Source of the DNA: Eledone cirrhosa
Lineage: Eukaryota
Length of the DNA: 64,000 bases
Reading direction: 5' to 3'
NCBI GenBank assembly: GCA_964016885.1
Contig: OZ024747.1
Coordinates: 50,902,001 to 50,966,000 of the forward strand
In this document: piece after piece, positions 13,464-27,675 of the stretch
Position numbering within the stretch: position 1 is the first letter of the stretch
How the letters are laid out: each line of letters begins with the position of its first letter
Position numbers and translations under genes: made by a program
Notes under the pieces: generated by a model
Told to the model about the DNA's origin: nothing
The model's input: only the letters and a program-made list of their open reading frames with translations
Databases searched by the model: none

Positions 13464-14403
13464 TAGCAGAATGGCCCGGCGTTGCTCGGGATATTAAACA
13501 TAGATTGGCATGTTTATCCCTCCTTTCTGAAACAGGACAGATATGTACAGAATACCTCGGCCTTGCGACCGACGAATAGCATATTCCACTGACGATTCGT
13601 TTGCCCGCCTTGTTCTTTTTCTTGCCGCTTTCGCAGTATTTCGGCCAATGGAGTATTTCTTCCTTCGAGGCATGACCTAAAAGCAGGACGAAGTACACTA
13701 AGACTAACTGGTAGAGTAAGGAGAAAACTCGTCAGTGATGCATGTGATTTCCGAACCGTTGACTATGTAGTTGCTAAGCCACGAGTGCCGTCTTAACCGG
13801 GGCGCGACGTTATAGCTATGTATCTCTCTGCATTACGACATTATGAAAACATTGACTTCGCTATCTGTGTGTGTATAAGTGTGTGTATATATATATAGTG
13901 TATATATATATATATATATATATAGTGTTTGTCGAATCAAAGAGATCTCGATAAGGATAAATATATATCAAATATATAAGAACCCTAGAGAAAATATTGT
14001 TCTCATTACTGACGTATTATCTTCGCTTTTTTCTGTTCATTGCCAGGGAAAATCTTCACGAAACAAAGTATCGTCTTCCTGTTTTACTTCGGCTGCAACG
14101 TTTTTCGAAATATTTACTTCTGCGTTTTGTTTTCATAATGTCGTAATGCAGAGAGTCAGACATACAGACAGATATTATAAGGGCGCGACGTTATAGCTAG
14201 GTATCTATCTAAAAAGACAGACTAAGAGAGATCGCTAACCGACGCCTAATGCGGTCCCTAGGGCATTAACAATTTGAAATATTGTTTGCTCAAAACACTC
14301 ACACAACCATAAGCATTACATGTGTAAAGTTTGAAAAACATTGGTTGGGTGGTTCTCGAGTTTTAGGGAGACAGACAGACATTCTCTGTTTTAGATATAT
14401 AGG
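13463..14403 (-). mobile_element. non-autonomous Helitron-type element with nested Penelope pLTR fragments (about 13925-14125)
   Basis: 3' CTAG preceded by a GC hairpin (cccgagcaacgccggg); 5' tatat..tgtctgtctgtc head as in the other copies. Confidence 0.65.
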
Positions 14404-14521
14404 TATAAACACAAATATATATGTGATTACATACACATACAAGTATATATGTACGTTGTTCCTTTTGTGTGTGTACGTCCGTCATTCAGTGTGTGTATGA
14501 ACATGTATTCGAATGTTTCTC

Positions 14522-14590
<69 letters not shown>

Positions 14591-15496
14591 TTGTTTGTTT
14601 GTGTGTTTGCGTATTTATCTGAGCGTGTGTGTATTAATATTTCCAGAGATTAAATAAATATTTGTCTTTGAATTAATATGTGAATGTAGTGTTCGTGAAT
14701 ATATGTGTGTTTGTGTGTTTCTTTGTGTGTATGTGTGTGTTTGTTTGTGTGTGTGTGTGTGTGTGTTTGTGGGTGTGTGGGTGTGTATATGTATGAGTGT
14801 GTGTGTGTGCATATATGCATGTATGTGTACAGTTCTGATATGAATGAAATAAATTTAGAGCATTAGAACATTAGAACGTTTGCTTTCTTCCCCTTTGTAC
14901 CAATGATGGTAAGAAACTCTCAGAAGAGCTTCACAGCAGAAGATCTTCAGTGTTTCGGCATGAATTCTATTCGGGGGCTTTCAAGAGGCCGTAACATTCG
15001 TGTGACAGAAGGCTAAACACAATCTTCTTATGGTATGCTCTAGATGACGCTAAATGCTACTCCTAATTGCAATACTTGAATAGACTGTCGGGTTACATAG
15101 AGCTAGATTCAACATTATTCGGGCTTGAACCAGCACGAGTATTTGTTTAGAACTGTGCAATATTCTTTGATAGACAGCAGTAGTTCTCCTTAGACAAACA
15201 CACATGTATCTTCGGTTAGTATTTGGTATGCAATGATTTAGTGTTATGCTGATATTCTCTGTTCATTTCCAGTTCCAGCTGTGATTCACTCAGTCTTTAG
15301 TGGCGCCACTATAATGTAAACAAACATTAATTTTAATATAAAGCTGGAAAAAAATATCATATGAAAGTACAGACACACTACCGATTTTCCGGCACACGTG
15401 TTCTCATGACTATACCGGATTATCCGTTTAGTCGGACTTGATAATAATTTATTAGAAACATTTTCCCTATCACTCAACTAAAACAACAACAACAAG

Positions 15497-15540
<44 letters not shown>

Positions 15541-15732
15541 ATAATGCTAATGTTTCTTTTGTTGGTCCAGGGATCCCAAAACATTGGAGGATAATACAAG
15601 GTCAAAAACAAGCCAGGGTTTTGCACCAATTAAAGGAAAGGGTGACATCAGATCGCTGCTCCTTTTAGGTTCAATAAGTGCCGTTGGAAAATTGTATACA
15701 GCTGCTTAGGGTCAGTTTTCACGTCCTCTCAA

Positions 15733-16500
15733 TAATAATTGTTTCTGATTTAGGCCCAAGTCCAACAAATTCGGGTGGAGGGGAAAGTAAAAAAAACTCG
15801 ACCCCAGTGCACTACTGGTGCTTTCTTTATTTTATAGACCCTGAAAGGGTAAAAGGCAAAGCTACCGTCGGCGGGATTTGAAATCAGAACATAAAGTGCC
15901 GGAACAAATATCGTCAAACATTTTTCTGTTTACCCTAACAATTCTTCTAATCGACCACATTAATAATTGTTTCTGCTTTAGGCACAAGGCCAGCAATTAC
16001 CCAGTACATTACTGGTATTTTATTTTATCGACCCCGTAAGGATGAAAGGCAAAGTTAACCTCGGTGAGATTTGAACACAGAATGGCAAGGGCTGTAACTC
16101 TATGCGTCAAAGCATGGTGTCCGACCCACTACCGATACTGCCAATCCACCGCCCTGTTTTATAATTAAGGCACAAGCCAAGTAATTTGGCGGAGAATAAT
16201 TATAAGATTAAATAATAATAATTGTTTCTACTTTTGGCACAAGGCCAGCAATTACCCAGTACATTACTGGTACTTTATTTTATCGACCCCGTAAGGATGA
16301 AAGGCAAAGTTAACCTCGGCGGGATTTGAACTCAGACCATAAAGGGACGTAACTATGCTGGAAAGTATGGTGTCCGACTCTCTACCGATACTGCCAATCC
16401 ACCGCCGTAATGATTTCTGATTTAGGCGCAAGGCCAGCAATTTGGGGCGTTCGATTGAATCAAACCCAGTACGCTACTGGTACTGGATTTTATCGACCTC
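15733..16500 (-). mobile_element. cluster of four head-to-tail SINE copies (about 15733-15955 old, 15961-16153, 16215-16406, partial 16410-16500)
   Basis: similarity to SINE consensus. Confidence 0.85.
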
Positions 16501-17237
16501 TTAAGGTCGATGAATATATATATATATATATGCATATGTTTGTTTGTTTGTTTGTTTCTTTATGTGTTCTGATTAATAAATTTTAAATACTTCTTTTTGT
16601 AATATATCTTATTGTAATTATTTAAATTTTAATTAAATTCTAATTAAATTTTAATTAAATTTCTGGTTAAATGTTTAACTAAATTATAACAATACTCTTT
16701 TGTAAAGTCTTCTTATCAATAATTTAATTTAATTTTTTAACTTTACAATCTCTACTCATCTATATAAATTTATTTCTTCTATCATTTCGCCCATCTTTCT
16801 TTCTCTTTCTTCTCCCTCACTCTCACTACTCTTTCTCCCTCTTTTTCCAATATTTTTTCAATATTCTTTTCTCTCTCCCGCACAATACTTTTTTCTTTCT
16901 CTCTCCATCTCAATTATTTGTTCTTTCCTTCACTCTCTGTCAATATTATATCTTTTCTCTTTTTCTTCTATCTCTCTCTTTCTCTTTCTATTCTCTTTAT
17001 CTATTCTCTTTATCTCTCTCCCTCTCAATTTTTTGTCTCTCTCCCTTTTACATCTATTTTCTTCCAACAGTTTAATTTAAATAAACCGTTGTTTTTTTTT
17101 CAATTTTTCCGACACTCATTTGCATACTCACTCACAACTTGGTATCACCCTCAAGGATCTCCACTATCCAGCGAATTTCAACCGTTGAGGTTGTCTTTTT
17201 TCCGGCTATGTCAATATTTATTTATAAAACAAATCTG

Positions 17238-17303
17238 TATTTTATCTGATGAAAGCGCACCATAATTTACCTTGGTCGCCCTTGAAATATATATAATAAA
17301 ATA
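17238..17303 (+). ncRNA. type I hammerhead ribozyme (pLTR family C)
   Basis: uauuuuau-CUGAUGA-stem II-GAAA-uauaua-UA-auaaaaua; perfect 8-bp stem I, palindromic stem III. Confidence 0.8.
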
Positions 17304-17418
17304 ATTATGGTTTTATAAATATAGTTTCCATTTATTAATATATTGTATATATATATATACTATCCAGGAAAAACTTAAGATTTTCCTGGATATGTTAATA
17401 TTTATAAAACAAACTTTG

Positions 17419-17479
17419 TATTTTATCTGATGAGAGCGTACCAAAGTTTTGGTACCCTTGAAATATATATAGTAGAATA
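17419..17479 (+). ncRNA. type I hammerhead ribozyme (pLTR family C, second tandem copy)
   Basis: uauuuuau-CUGAUGA-gag c guaccaaa gu uuugguac c cuu-GAAA-uauaua-UA-guagaaua; stem I changes are G-U wobbles. Confidence 0.8.
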
Positions 17480-17602
17480 AATATGGTTTTATAAATATAG
17501 TTTCCATTTATTTAATATCATTGATATTATACTCCAGAAAACTTGTCGAGTGCTTCGAATCAGTTATAAACATATATATATAAGCAAAATATCCTTTTTG
17601 CT

Positions 17603-17759
<157 letters not shown>

Positions 17760-18055
17760 ATGTGTATGTATATATATATGTACATATATGTATATATATA
17801 CAGTATATATATATAGAGAGATATATGACTTTCTCCGCTGCCATTAGGAAGGTTTAGCAATCTCTAGTTACAACAGCGATTCAAAACAAAGATGGCGCCT
17901 GAATTCAATACGTGAGAAGCTGGCTGGCGGCTGGTGGGTTGATCCTTTGATAGAAGGTATCTTAGTCTGAACTTTTAAGCACATAGCTATACAGGGGTGG
18001 CCATACATGTTAAGTGTATGAAATTTTAATTTTACAACTTAATTAACTTCTCTCC

Positions 18056-19092
18056 CACATCATCACTACCATCATCACCATCATCATCATCATTATCACC
18101 ATCATCATCATCAACATCATTATCCCCATGATCCTCCTCCTCCTCCTCATCATCATCATCATCACAACCAACATCACCAACACCACCATCACCCCCACCA
18201 CCACCACCGACGCCACTACCACCACCACCACCACCACCACCACCACCACCACCACCACCACCACCACCACCACCACCACCACCACCACCACCACCACTGC
18301 ATCAGGAACACCACCACCGCCACCACCACCACCACCACCACCACCACCACCACTGCTATTACGAACACCATCACCCCCACCACCACCAGCGCCACCACCA
18401 CCACCACCACCATCACCACCACCACCACCACCATCACCACCATCACCACCACTACCACCACCACCACCACCACTGCATCACGAACACCACCACCGCCACC
18501 ACCACCACCACTGCTATTACGAACACCATCACCCCCACCACCACCAACGCCACCACCACCACCACCACCATCACCACCACCACCACCATCACCACCATCA
18601 TCACCACCATCACCACCACTACCACCACCACCATCACCACCACCACTGCTATTACGAACACCATCACTCCCATCACCACCACCAACGCCACCACCACCAC
18701 CACCACCACCACCACCACCACCACCACCACCACCACCACCATCATCACCACCATCACCACTACCACCACCACCACCATCACCACCACCACCACCACCGTC
18801 ACCACCACCACCACCACCACCACCACCACCACCACCACCATCATCACCACCATCACCACCACCACCATCACCACCATCACCACCACCACCACCACCACCA
18901 TCACCACCACCACCACCATCACCACCACCACCACCACCACCACCACCACCACCACCACCACCATCACCACCATCACCACCACCACCATCACCACCACCAC
19001 CACCACCACCACCACCACCACCACCACCACCACCACCACCACCACCACCACCACCACCACCACCACCACCACCACCACCGCTATCATCATCA
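18056..19092. repeat. (CAC)/(CAT)n compound microsatellite
   Basis: directly visible; source of the poly-H/P/T/G ORFs. Confidence 0.95.
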
Positions 19093-19179
19093 TAGCTACA
19101 GTATTTCACGCTGCGTTTTGTATGTTTTTCTAATTCCATTCAAATTTTCTTTTGCACTCATCCATAGATGCAAGCACGC

Positions 19180-20405
19180 TTACAGCTGCACGCATGCCCA
19201 CACACTGTTTCTCTCACATACACACACATACACACGCATGCCCGCACACTGTTTCTCTCACATACACACACTGTTTCTCCGAAATACACACACATACACA
19301 CACTATTTCTCTCACATACATACACACACGCATGCAGACACACTGTTTCTCTCTCTCACACACACTCACACACACCGTTTCTCTCACATACACACATACA
19401 CACACACACCCATGCCCACACTCTGTTTCTCTTTCACACACACACACACATGCCCACACACTGTTTCTCTCACATACACATGCACACACACCCATGCCCA
19501 CACACACTGTTTCTCTCTCTCTCTCATACACACACGCTCATGCCCACACACACTGTTTCTCTCTCACATACACACACACACTCATGCCCACACACTATTT
19601 CTCTCACATACACACACACATACTGTCTCCCTCACTTACATACACACATACACATTGACTCCCTCACTGACTCTCTCACACACATACATACGCACATACA
19701 CACACTGTCTCCCTCACTGTCTCTCACATATATACTCACACACACGCATGCCCACGCACTGAATCTCTATCACACACACACACACAAACACAAACACACA
19801 CACACACGCATGCCCACACACTGACTCTCTCTCTCACACACACACACAAACACACACGCATGCCGACACACTGACTCTCTTTCACACACACAGACACAAA
19901 AACACACACACACACGCATGCCCACACACTGATTCTCACGCACACACAAACACACTCACACACACATGCCCACACACTGACTCTCTCTCACACACAGACA
20001 CAAACACACGCACACACGCCCACACACTGACCCTCTCTCACACACACAGACACAAAAACACACACACACATGCCCACACACTGACCCTCTCTCACACACA
20101 CCGACACAAATACACACACAAGCATGCCCACACACTGACTCTCTCTCTCACACACACACGCATGCCCACACACTGACTATCTCACACTCACAGACACATT
20201 CACACACACACACATGCCCACACACTGACTCTCTCTCACAGACACACACACACCCACACACTGACTCTCTCTCACACACACCGACACAAATACACACACA
20301 CGCATGCCCACACACTGACTCTCTCTCTCTCTCTCACACACAAATACACACACACGCATGCCCACACACTGACTATCTCCCACTCACACACTCACACACA
20401 CACAT
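19180..20405. repeat. CA-rich minisatellite (cgcatgcccacacactg[ttt/ac]ctctc(ca)n)
   Basis: recurrent unit with variable CA spacer. Confidence 0.85.
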
Positions 20406-21036
20406 AATCATAGAGATTCACAGATACACACGCGTGCATGCCAACATCTAACTTTCTCTGTGTGTATGTCTCTCATAGACACACACACACGCACACACAC
20501 ACACACACACACATACACACACACACACATACTCGCATAGGTACATAGATACACACTCATAGATATATACACATCACAAGCACACACACCTTAATACACA
20601 AAAACATACATGGTAATCACCAATACACTGCTCAGACAGTGACGCATAACACACTGAACATCACACAACCACACACTCAATACACACAAGCACACACACA
20701 CACAGATAAATCTCATACACGCACACATGACATCACACGCAAACATAAAATATACTCAACACACATAGATACACACTAAACACTGAGAGACGGACAAACA
20801 TATACACCCAGCACGAAACCCTCAACCACAAACACAACACGTATACATATGAAGGAAGTACTACAGCTGGGCCTTGGCTTAGATTTTTTGAAATAAAACA
20901 AAAGCACCAAGAAATACATTCAGGCACGTCGTACTTCACATATATTACACAATGCTCGCACACATACAGACACTCATACACAGTTGCACAATCACACGCA
21001 CACAATCCCATCAAAGTTAATATACATATATACAGG

Positions 21037-21078
<42 letters not shown>

Positions 21079-21164
21079 AAAGAATAGAGGTGTAACACAC
21101 AAGTTATTATATATTGGTAAACGGAATAGAAAATGCTGACAAATTGTTCACACATATATATATA

Positions 21165-21586
21165 TAGCGGCGATGAATTAGTTTAGCGAGGTTTTTTATA
21201 TGAAATCGTGTGTCGAAACAAATATTGTTATACTTGGGGAGGGTCATATTTGTGTAATATTGCCAGAATTAATAACAGAACACACTCACTGTTTGGTTTG
21301 TTTTCGCTTCTCGCTGTCTTTTATATCTGTAATCTAACTTACTCGGTCCTCAATGTTGCCATTGACTGACCGACGGTCAAAAATAATACAGATACAATAC
21401 TAATACAGATACAATACAGATACAATACTAATATTTTTGACCGTCGGTTAGTCAATGGCAACATTGAGGACCGAGTAAGTTAGATTACCGATATAAAAGA
21501 CAGCGAGAAGCGAAAACCAACCAAACAGTGAGTGTGTTCTGTTATTAATTCTGGCAATATTACACAAATATGACCCTCCCCAAGTA

Positions 21587-21590
<4 letters not shown>
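21165..21590. mobile_element. pLTR-like family D, head-to-head inverted pair in (TA)n
   Basis: arms of about 158 bp at 21227-21384 and 21432-21590; other copies at 26665-26960(-), 46290-46630(+), 47262-47560(+). Confidence 0.7.
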
Positions 21591-21619
<29 letters not shown>

Positions 21620-21621
<2 letters not shown>

Positions 21622-21734
21622 CGAAGAAAATATGGTAAGGAACCAGGTGGACCATAACTCAGAATTAGGTGGACCATAGTCCAGAATTAGCCGTCGAAAC
21701 GGCTTGAGCTCAGCCGTCGGGGTCCTACTCGTTC

Positions 21735-21736
<2 letters not shown>
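21620..21736. mobile_element. pLTR-like family E, head-to-head fragments
   Basis: left aacgaag...ggaccata; right gtccagaattagccgtcgaaacggc...ggggtc. Confidence 0.65.
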
Positions 21737-21794
<58 letters not shown>

Positions 21795-21932
21795 GTTAAA
21801 CAAGATTCAATGAGTACATCAAAGAATGTGTTTTACAGTAGATTGGAAGCACTCTACAAATTAATATTTTCCAGAGTTATTAATATATTAAATTCAAATA
21901 TTAATAAAATAAATGTTCTTGTAATCAAATAA

Positions 21933-22000
21933 AATGTTATTATACATATTTCAGAGGTACGTGAATCAGGTTCAACAGTACGTCCTCATCAGATAAAATA
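21933..22000 (-). ncRNA. type I hammerhead ribozyme (family C variant, insert about 21788-22046)
   Basis: uauuuuau-CUGAUGA-gga c guac...guac c ucu-GAAA-uaugua-UA-auaac. Confidence 0.7.
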
Positions 22001-22055
22001 AAATGATACATGACATACCCTGAGATGTTAGATGGTTAAGATTTAATCAAGGTAG

Positions 22056-22108
<53 letters not shown>

Positions 22109-22185
22109 GTGTACTACCCCATATATATATATATATATATATATTTGTGTGTGTGTGCATACACATATATATGTGTGTGTGTGTA

Positions 22186-22216
<31 letters not shown>

Positions 22217-22218
<2 letters not shown>

Positions 22219-22401
22219 CGAAGGAGGTGTGGTAAGGATCCAGATGGACCATAACGCACCAGAGTACTCAATACTTAGGGTAGTAGAGTTGGTAATAGGG
22301 AAAAGTATGACCCCGACGGCAGAGCTCAAGACGTTTCGACGGCTATTTCTGGACGTCGAAACGGCTTGAGCTCTGCCGTCGGGGTCATACTCTTTCCTAT
22401 A

Positions 22402-22442
<41 letters not shown>

Positions 22443-22448
22443 ACTACC

Positions 22449-22484
<36 letters not shown>

Positions 22485-22665
22485 CGAAGGAGTTGTGATA
22501 AGGCTCCAGATGGACCATAACGCACCAGAGTACTCAATACTTAGAGTAGTAGAGTTGGTAATAGGAAAAAGTATGACCCCGCCGGCAGAGCTCAAGTCTT
22601 TTCGACAGCTATTTCTGGACGTCGAAACGGATTGAGCTCTGCCGTCGGGGTCATACTTTTTCCTA
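22217..22665. mobile_element. two tandemly duplicated family E head-to-head inserts (22217-22399, 22483-22665)
   Basis: each has about 45-bp inverted arms around ctatttctggac; both preceded by gtgtactacccc(AT)n. Confidence 0.7.
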
Positions 22666-22738
22666 TATATTTATATATATATATATATATGTGTGTGTGC
22701 GCGCGCACTCACAGACACAAACACACAGACACACAATT

Positions 22739-22789
<51 letters not shown>

Positions 22790-23115
22790 CGTCCAATACA
22801 TTTAAGTTGTTCCGCCATTTTCACTTGTCTATCTTCTGAAGCTTTATTTACATATCTCACTTAATCTACCCATCTTCCGGTAGTTGATGTTATTCACCCA
22901 AGCCATCCAGCCAGCTAACCAGCCAACCAACCCTCCACTCTCTGCCCACCCAGTAGTAGTTCTGTTGTTCTCCTGCCCTCACACATATGTACCCAGCATC
23001 GTGAAGCCCTACTTGGAACCCCACTTCACCAATTACCGACCACTGTTTGTTTTAATGTCTTCTAATTTTTCTGTTTTTCAATACGAAGATGTTTATTTTC
23101 TCAGATGTTTCCATG

Positions 23116-23118
<3 letters not shown>

Positions 23119-23193
<75 letters not shown>

Positions 23194-23216
23194 TTGTCTC
23201 TCAATCTCTTTCTGTG

Positions 23217-23283
<67 letters not shown>

Positions 23284-23437
23284 ATCTCTCTCTTTCTCTC
23301 TCTCTATCTCTCTCTCTCTCTCTTTCAGTATGTCTCTCAATCTCTTTCTTTGTCTCTTGTGTATCTCTCACCCCTTCTCTCTCACTCATTATCATTCTCT
23401 TTCTCCCTCTCTCTCTGTCGCTCTCTCTATTTCGTCT

Positions 23438-23483
<46 letters not shown>

Positions 23484-23490
23484 TCTCTCT
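23119..23490. repeat. (TC)n microsatellite region
   Basis: directly visible. Confidence 0.95.
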
Positions 23491-23847
23491 AATGCTCTGC
23501 CCTTTACTTTTCACCTGTTCTTTTCCTCTCCTTTTTCTTCATCTACTTTAAATATTTCATTTTAGCTCAGTTAAATGTGAGATCGTTTAGATGAGAGAAG
23601 TAGGAGGAAGAGAAGGAGGAGGAAGAGAAGGAGGGGGATGGGGGGCGTTGTGTTGAGCTAGAGGGGGAATCTAGCAGATTTCTGAACTGAATGTATCTCA
23701 AAACACACAAACAGACACCTGCACATACACATACACTTACTCACGCATACACACAATGTATGTAGTTAAGAATGTATTTATGTATGTATGTATGTATACA
23801 TGTATGTATGTATTTATGTATGTATGTATGAATGTATGTATGTATGT

Positions 23848-24067
23848 AGGCATTGCTTTATATCTGGAGATCTCTCTGCACTTGTCGTCACATGGTACCA
23901 TGGGCCCAGCACTATGTGTCAATAATTGTAACAAGTGTAGTGTTTGTACCAGAGTTTTCAAGTCGCTGGCTGGACTAAAAAGTCACACTCGTTCAGCGCA
24001 TCGGTAGGGGTTCTCCTACATGGATATAAAGTAGTGGCCGTACTCGAAAACGAGTTGGCAGCCACCA
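23848..24067 (+). mobile_element. RTE-type 3' end fragment with (TATG)n tail
   Basis: [24 protein letters not shown]2H2 finger; near-identical to 3771-3990 reverse. Confidence 0.7.
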
Positions 24068-24077
24068 TGTATGTATG

Positions 24078-25229
24078 TTTCACTTTCTCTTAATTTCGAA
24101 AATATTTTTGACCGGCCACCTTCCTGGTGGCAAGGTTGTGAAAGAAATGAAATTGTCATAACTTGAATCGCAAGAATCTTTTGCAAATGTTGAAGGTGCC
24201 ATTTGTAGTCTACGAATAAAGGAGCTGCGCTATTTGTCCACAAATCCAAGTTCATTCATACTTTCGTCCAATGTATATAACCCGTAGCTCCAATAATGAT
24301 GGGTATGAAGCTGAAGGTGTATCTTGGATACTGGATCTGCAAACTCCTCATCAATGGTCCTGTATTCCTTCTCCTGTCTTTTTCTGACAACGTTTACCTC
24401 AAGTGGGCAGCTGATCTCTACAACAGAGCACGTTTTCAATGTGTGGTCCCAAACAACAATATCAGGCCGGTTGTGCTTTAATTTGGTGGCAGTTTTTATT
24501 TTCAGCTTCCACCATTATTCTTTAGTACCATCTATCTCAACATATTCCTCCTCTTTTGTTTTTAATTTCGTTTTCCTAAGTGCGTTCCCGATAGTTCTAG
24601 CTATCGCATCGTGTCTCATAGTGAGGCAGTAGCAAGACGACATTCTTTCGCAGTTGGCAAGAATGTGGCTAACATTTTCGATCTCTGTTTAACAAAGCCT
24701 ACATTTATTGTCGACTGATGGCCCTCCTCTTTTGTGTAGCAGGTATTTCGTAGGGATTTCTTGTTCCTGTATTGCATAGAGATATCTTTCAAGATGGGAT
24801 GTAATAACCTTGTCGGAACTCCATGCCAGGCTTTTTGAATGATTTATTCCCTCCATGGTTTGTGTTTTTCGTCTCAAGTACCCATGCACAACTTTCTCTG
24901 TAAATTGGTCCACTTTTTTTTATCTCGTTCGAACATTGAATAGGATCTTCCAATTTCCCTGGGAGAGAGATTTATATCAGGCCTTATTCCATATCTCTCC
25001 TCCAGATCAGTGGCTATCCTAATGATATTATTTGGCAGTACCGTACAGGGTCGGACGCCTTGCTTTGCAGCAAAGAGTCACAACCCTTTATGGTCTGAGT
25101 TCAAATCCCGCCGAGGTTAACTTTGCCTTTTATCCTTACGGGGTCGATAAAATAAAGCACCAGTAATATACTGAGATAATTGCTGGCCTTGTGCCGAAAG
25201 TAGACACAATTATTTCCCTTGAGCTCATA
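24078..25229 (-). mobile_element. R4/Dong-like (restriction-like endonuclease) LINE fragment, family A, with SINE at 25033-25213
   Basis: AIQEQEIPTKY...CRLC...HILANC...RHD...KHNRPDIVVWD...VVEISCP: CCHC knuckle, RHD and PD-(D/E)xK motifs. Confidence 0.8.
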
Positions 25230-25296
25230 TATGTATGTATGTATTTATATATATATGTGTGTATATGCGTGTGTACGTATATCTATTATATATATG

Positions 25297-25405
<109 letters not shown>

Positions 25406-25441
25406 GTATATATATATATATGTATATATACATATATATAC

Positions 25442-25511
<70 letters not shown>

Positions 25512-25959
25512 GTGATATCGACACGGACGTGAGAATACAGAAACAGTGATTTAATATTCTTTATTATTAATAAACGATGAGTCTTGCTTCTCTGGAATAT
25601 CACATGTGCGATACAGAGAGGGAGAGAGAGGGGTGAGAGAGAGAAAGAAAGAATGAGAGAGAGAGAGAGAGTTTCTAACATGTAATATAGCTTCTTTTAT
25701 GCACTCCTTGAGATGTTTAAGTATTAGAGACTAATTAACCTTTAATTAATATTAAACTACTCATTAACTTCTCGAGTTTTATCATATGGTCTTTGGCGCT
25801 ATTATGAGCCTGTCGCATAGTCCTAATATATTGGGAGATGTTTGATCATTTAATAGTTCAACTAAACAACGTGCGTTTTTGTGCAACATGTTACCTCGGC
25901 AAATGAAACAGTATGTTTAATCGCTTGATCAATATACTCTTAGCTTTTGAAGAATTAAA

Positions 25960-26020
25960 CTCACCTGAAGAGTATTGCGTATTCTTCAAGTTCTTCTGGA
26001 AACGAAACTAAGGTAGGGAG
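25960..26020 (+). ncRNA. degenerate hammerhead-like motif
   Basis: cucac-CUGAAGA...GAAA-cuaagg-UA-gggag; stem II poorly paired. Confidence 0.3.
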
Positions 26021-26170
26021 ATCTTTATATAATCGAGAATAGCTAAAATATTTTTTGTCTGTCTTGGACTCCCATAAATAGACTATTTTCCTATTACCCA
26101 CTCTACAACCCTATGTATCGAGTACTCTGGTGCGTTATGGTCCACCTGGTATCTTACCACACCTTCTTTG

Positions 26171-26218
<48 letters not shown>

Positions 26219-26357
26219 CCAAAAGTTTAACAAGGTTCATTGATTAATCAATGAATAAAGTTTTACAATAGATTAGAAGCACTCAACAAAGAGGTTTTCT
26301 GGAGTTATTAATATACTTCAAAATATTAATAAATATAGACATTCATGTGATCAAATA

Positions 26358-26423
26358 TATTTCATTATACACATTTCAGAGGTACTGAGCCATTTCATCA
26401 GTACGTCCTCATCAGATAAAATA
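26358..26423 (-). ncRNA. type I hammerhead ribozyme
   Basis: uauuuuau-CUGAUGA-gga c guacuga ugaaauggc ucaguac c ucu-GAAA-ugugua-UA-augaaaua. Confidence 0.8.
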
Positions 26424-26553
26424 AATTGATGTCTGACATACCTCAACTTTGCTGATGGTTCAATTCCAGTCTTGCCAAGATATGGTTCAATTCCAGTCTT
26501 GCCAAGACTGGAATTGAACCATCAGCACAGTTGAGGTATGTCAGACATCAATT

Positions 26554-26619
26554 TATTTTATCTGATGAGGACGTATTGATGAAATGGCTCAGTACCTCTG
26601 AAATATGTATAATAAAATA
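26554..26619 (+). ncRNA. type I hammerhead ribozyme (inverted partner)
   Basis: CUGAUGA 26562-26568, GAAA 26600-26603, stem I uauuuuau/auaaaaua. Confidence 0.8.
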
Positions 26620-26664
26620 TATTTGAACACATGAATGTCTATATTTATTAATATTTTGAAGTTA

Positions 26665-26960
26665 TATGGTCATACTTGGGGAGGGTCATATTGTTGTAAT
26701 AATATTGCCAGAACTAATAACAGAACACACTCACTGTTTGGTTGGTTTTCGCTTCTGCATCTTTTATATGTCCATAGTTAATTCATTTGGCCATTAATGT
26801 TTATCACTGACTGATCAACGGTCAAAAATACAGATATAAATACATATATATATAGTCTAACAAAGTTCTTTCGTTGCACATCTGGAACATCTTCAGTGGT
26901 ACTATTATTATGTTTCCCCTGCTCTATTGTAGGTATTGTAGTGTCTATGCCATTTTTATT
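26665..26960 (-). mobile_element. pLTR-like family D copy with HHR-like core (CUGAAGA 26896-26890, GAAA 26872-26869)
   Basis: similarity to 46290-46630. Confidence 0.6.
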
Positions 26961-27149
26961 TTATCTATTTAATTATCTGATCGGAGACTTGGTACGAGTG
27001 ATCAAGAACGTGTGGCGCATGCGCGACCCAACAGAAATGTAAAGACACATCCAACACTTCATCAACCGCATGCAGTTCTCTGGCTACAACCAAATAGATA
27101 GAATGAGAGTATACAAAGGAGCCACGGAGAAGTATAAGACCCTCATAGA

Positions 27150-27675
27150 TGATGTGTTTGAGAGGAAGTGCAAAGCCTGGGCGGCGTGTCACAGTTTGAG
27201 ATCGGTGTCGAAGTCGGACCTTCGTGAAGACCTGAAAATCCGCCTCTTCATTGCTGTAGTGTAGTCTGTGCTGCTGTACGGGTCTGAGACTTGTACACTG
27301 ACCAAGAAACTCACTCAGATGGTGGATGGGTGCTACACGAGAATGCTGAGGATGGCTCTGAACATTAATCAGTATACACTGAGGATGAAAAACTCAGAGC
27401 TGTATGGGAGCCTCCCAAAAGTCAGCTCAAAAGTGTCACAGAGGTGATTGAGGTTAGCTGGACATGCTCACCGACATCCAGAGTTGACACTGCACTCAGT
27501 GCTCCTGTGGGACCTCCTGCATGGAAACACTGGAAGAGGAAGACCAAGGTTAAGTATGTTGATTCCCTAAGGACAGACACTGCTCTGTTGGAGACGCAGG
27601 ACATAGCATCGATAATGAGGGACAGAGACCGCTAGAGAAAACTCGTCCATGGATCTCTGGAATTTTACCCGCCCT

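Larger units (their letters stand above)
26218..26662. mobile_element. pLTR family C head-to-head inverted pair
   Basis: about 26315-26472 vs about 26504-26662 reverse-complementary. Confidence 0.75.
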
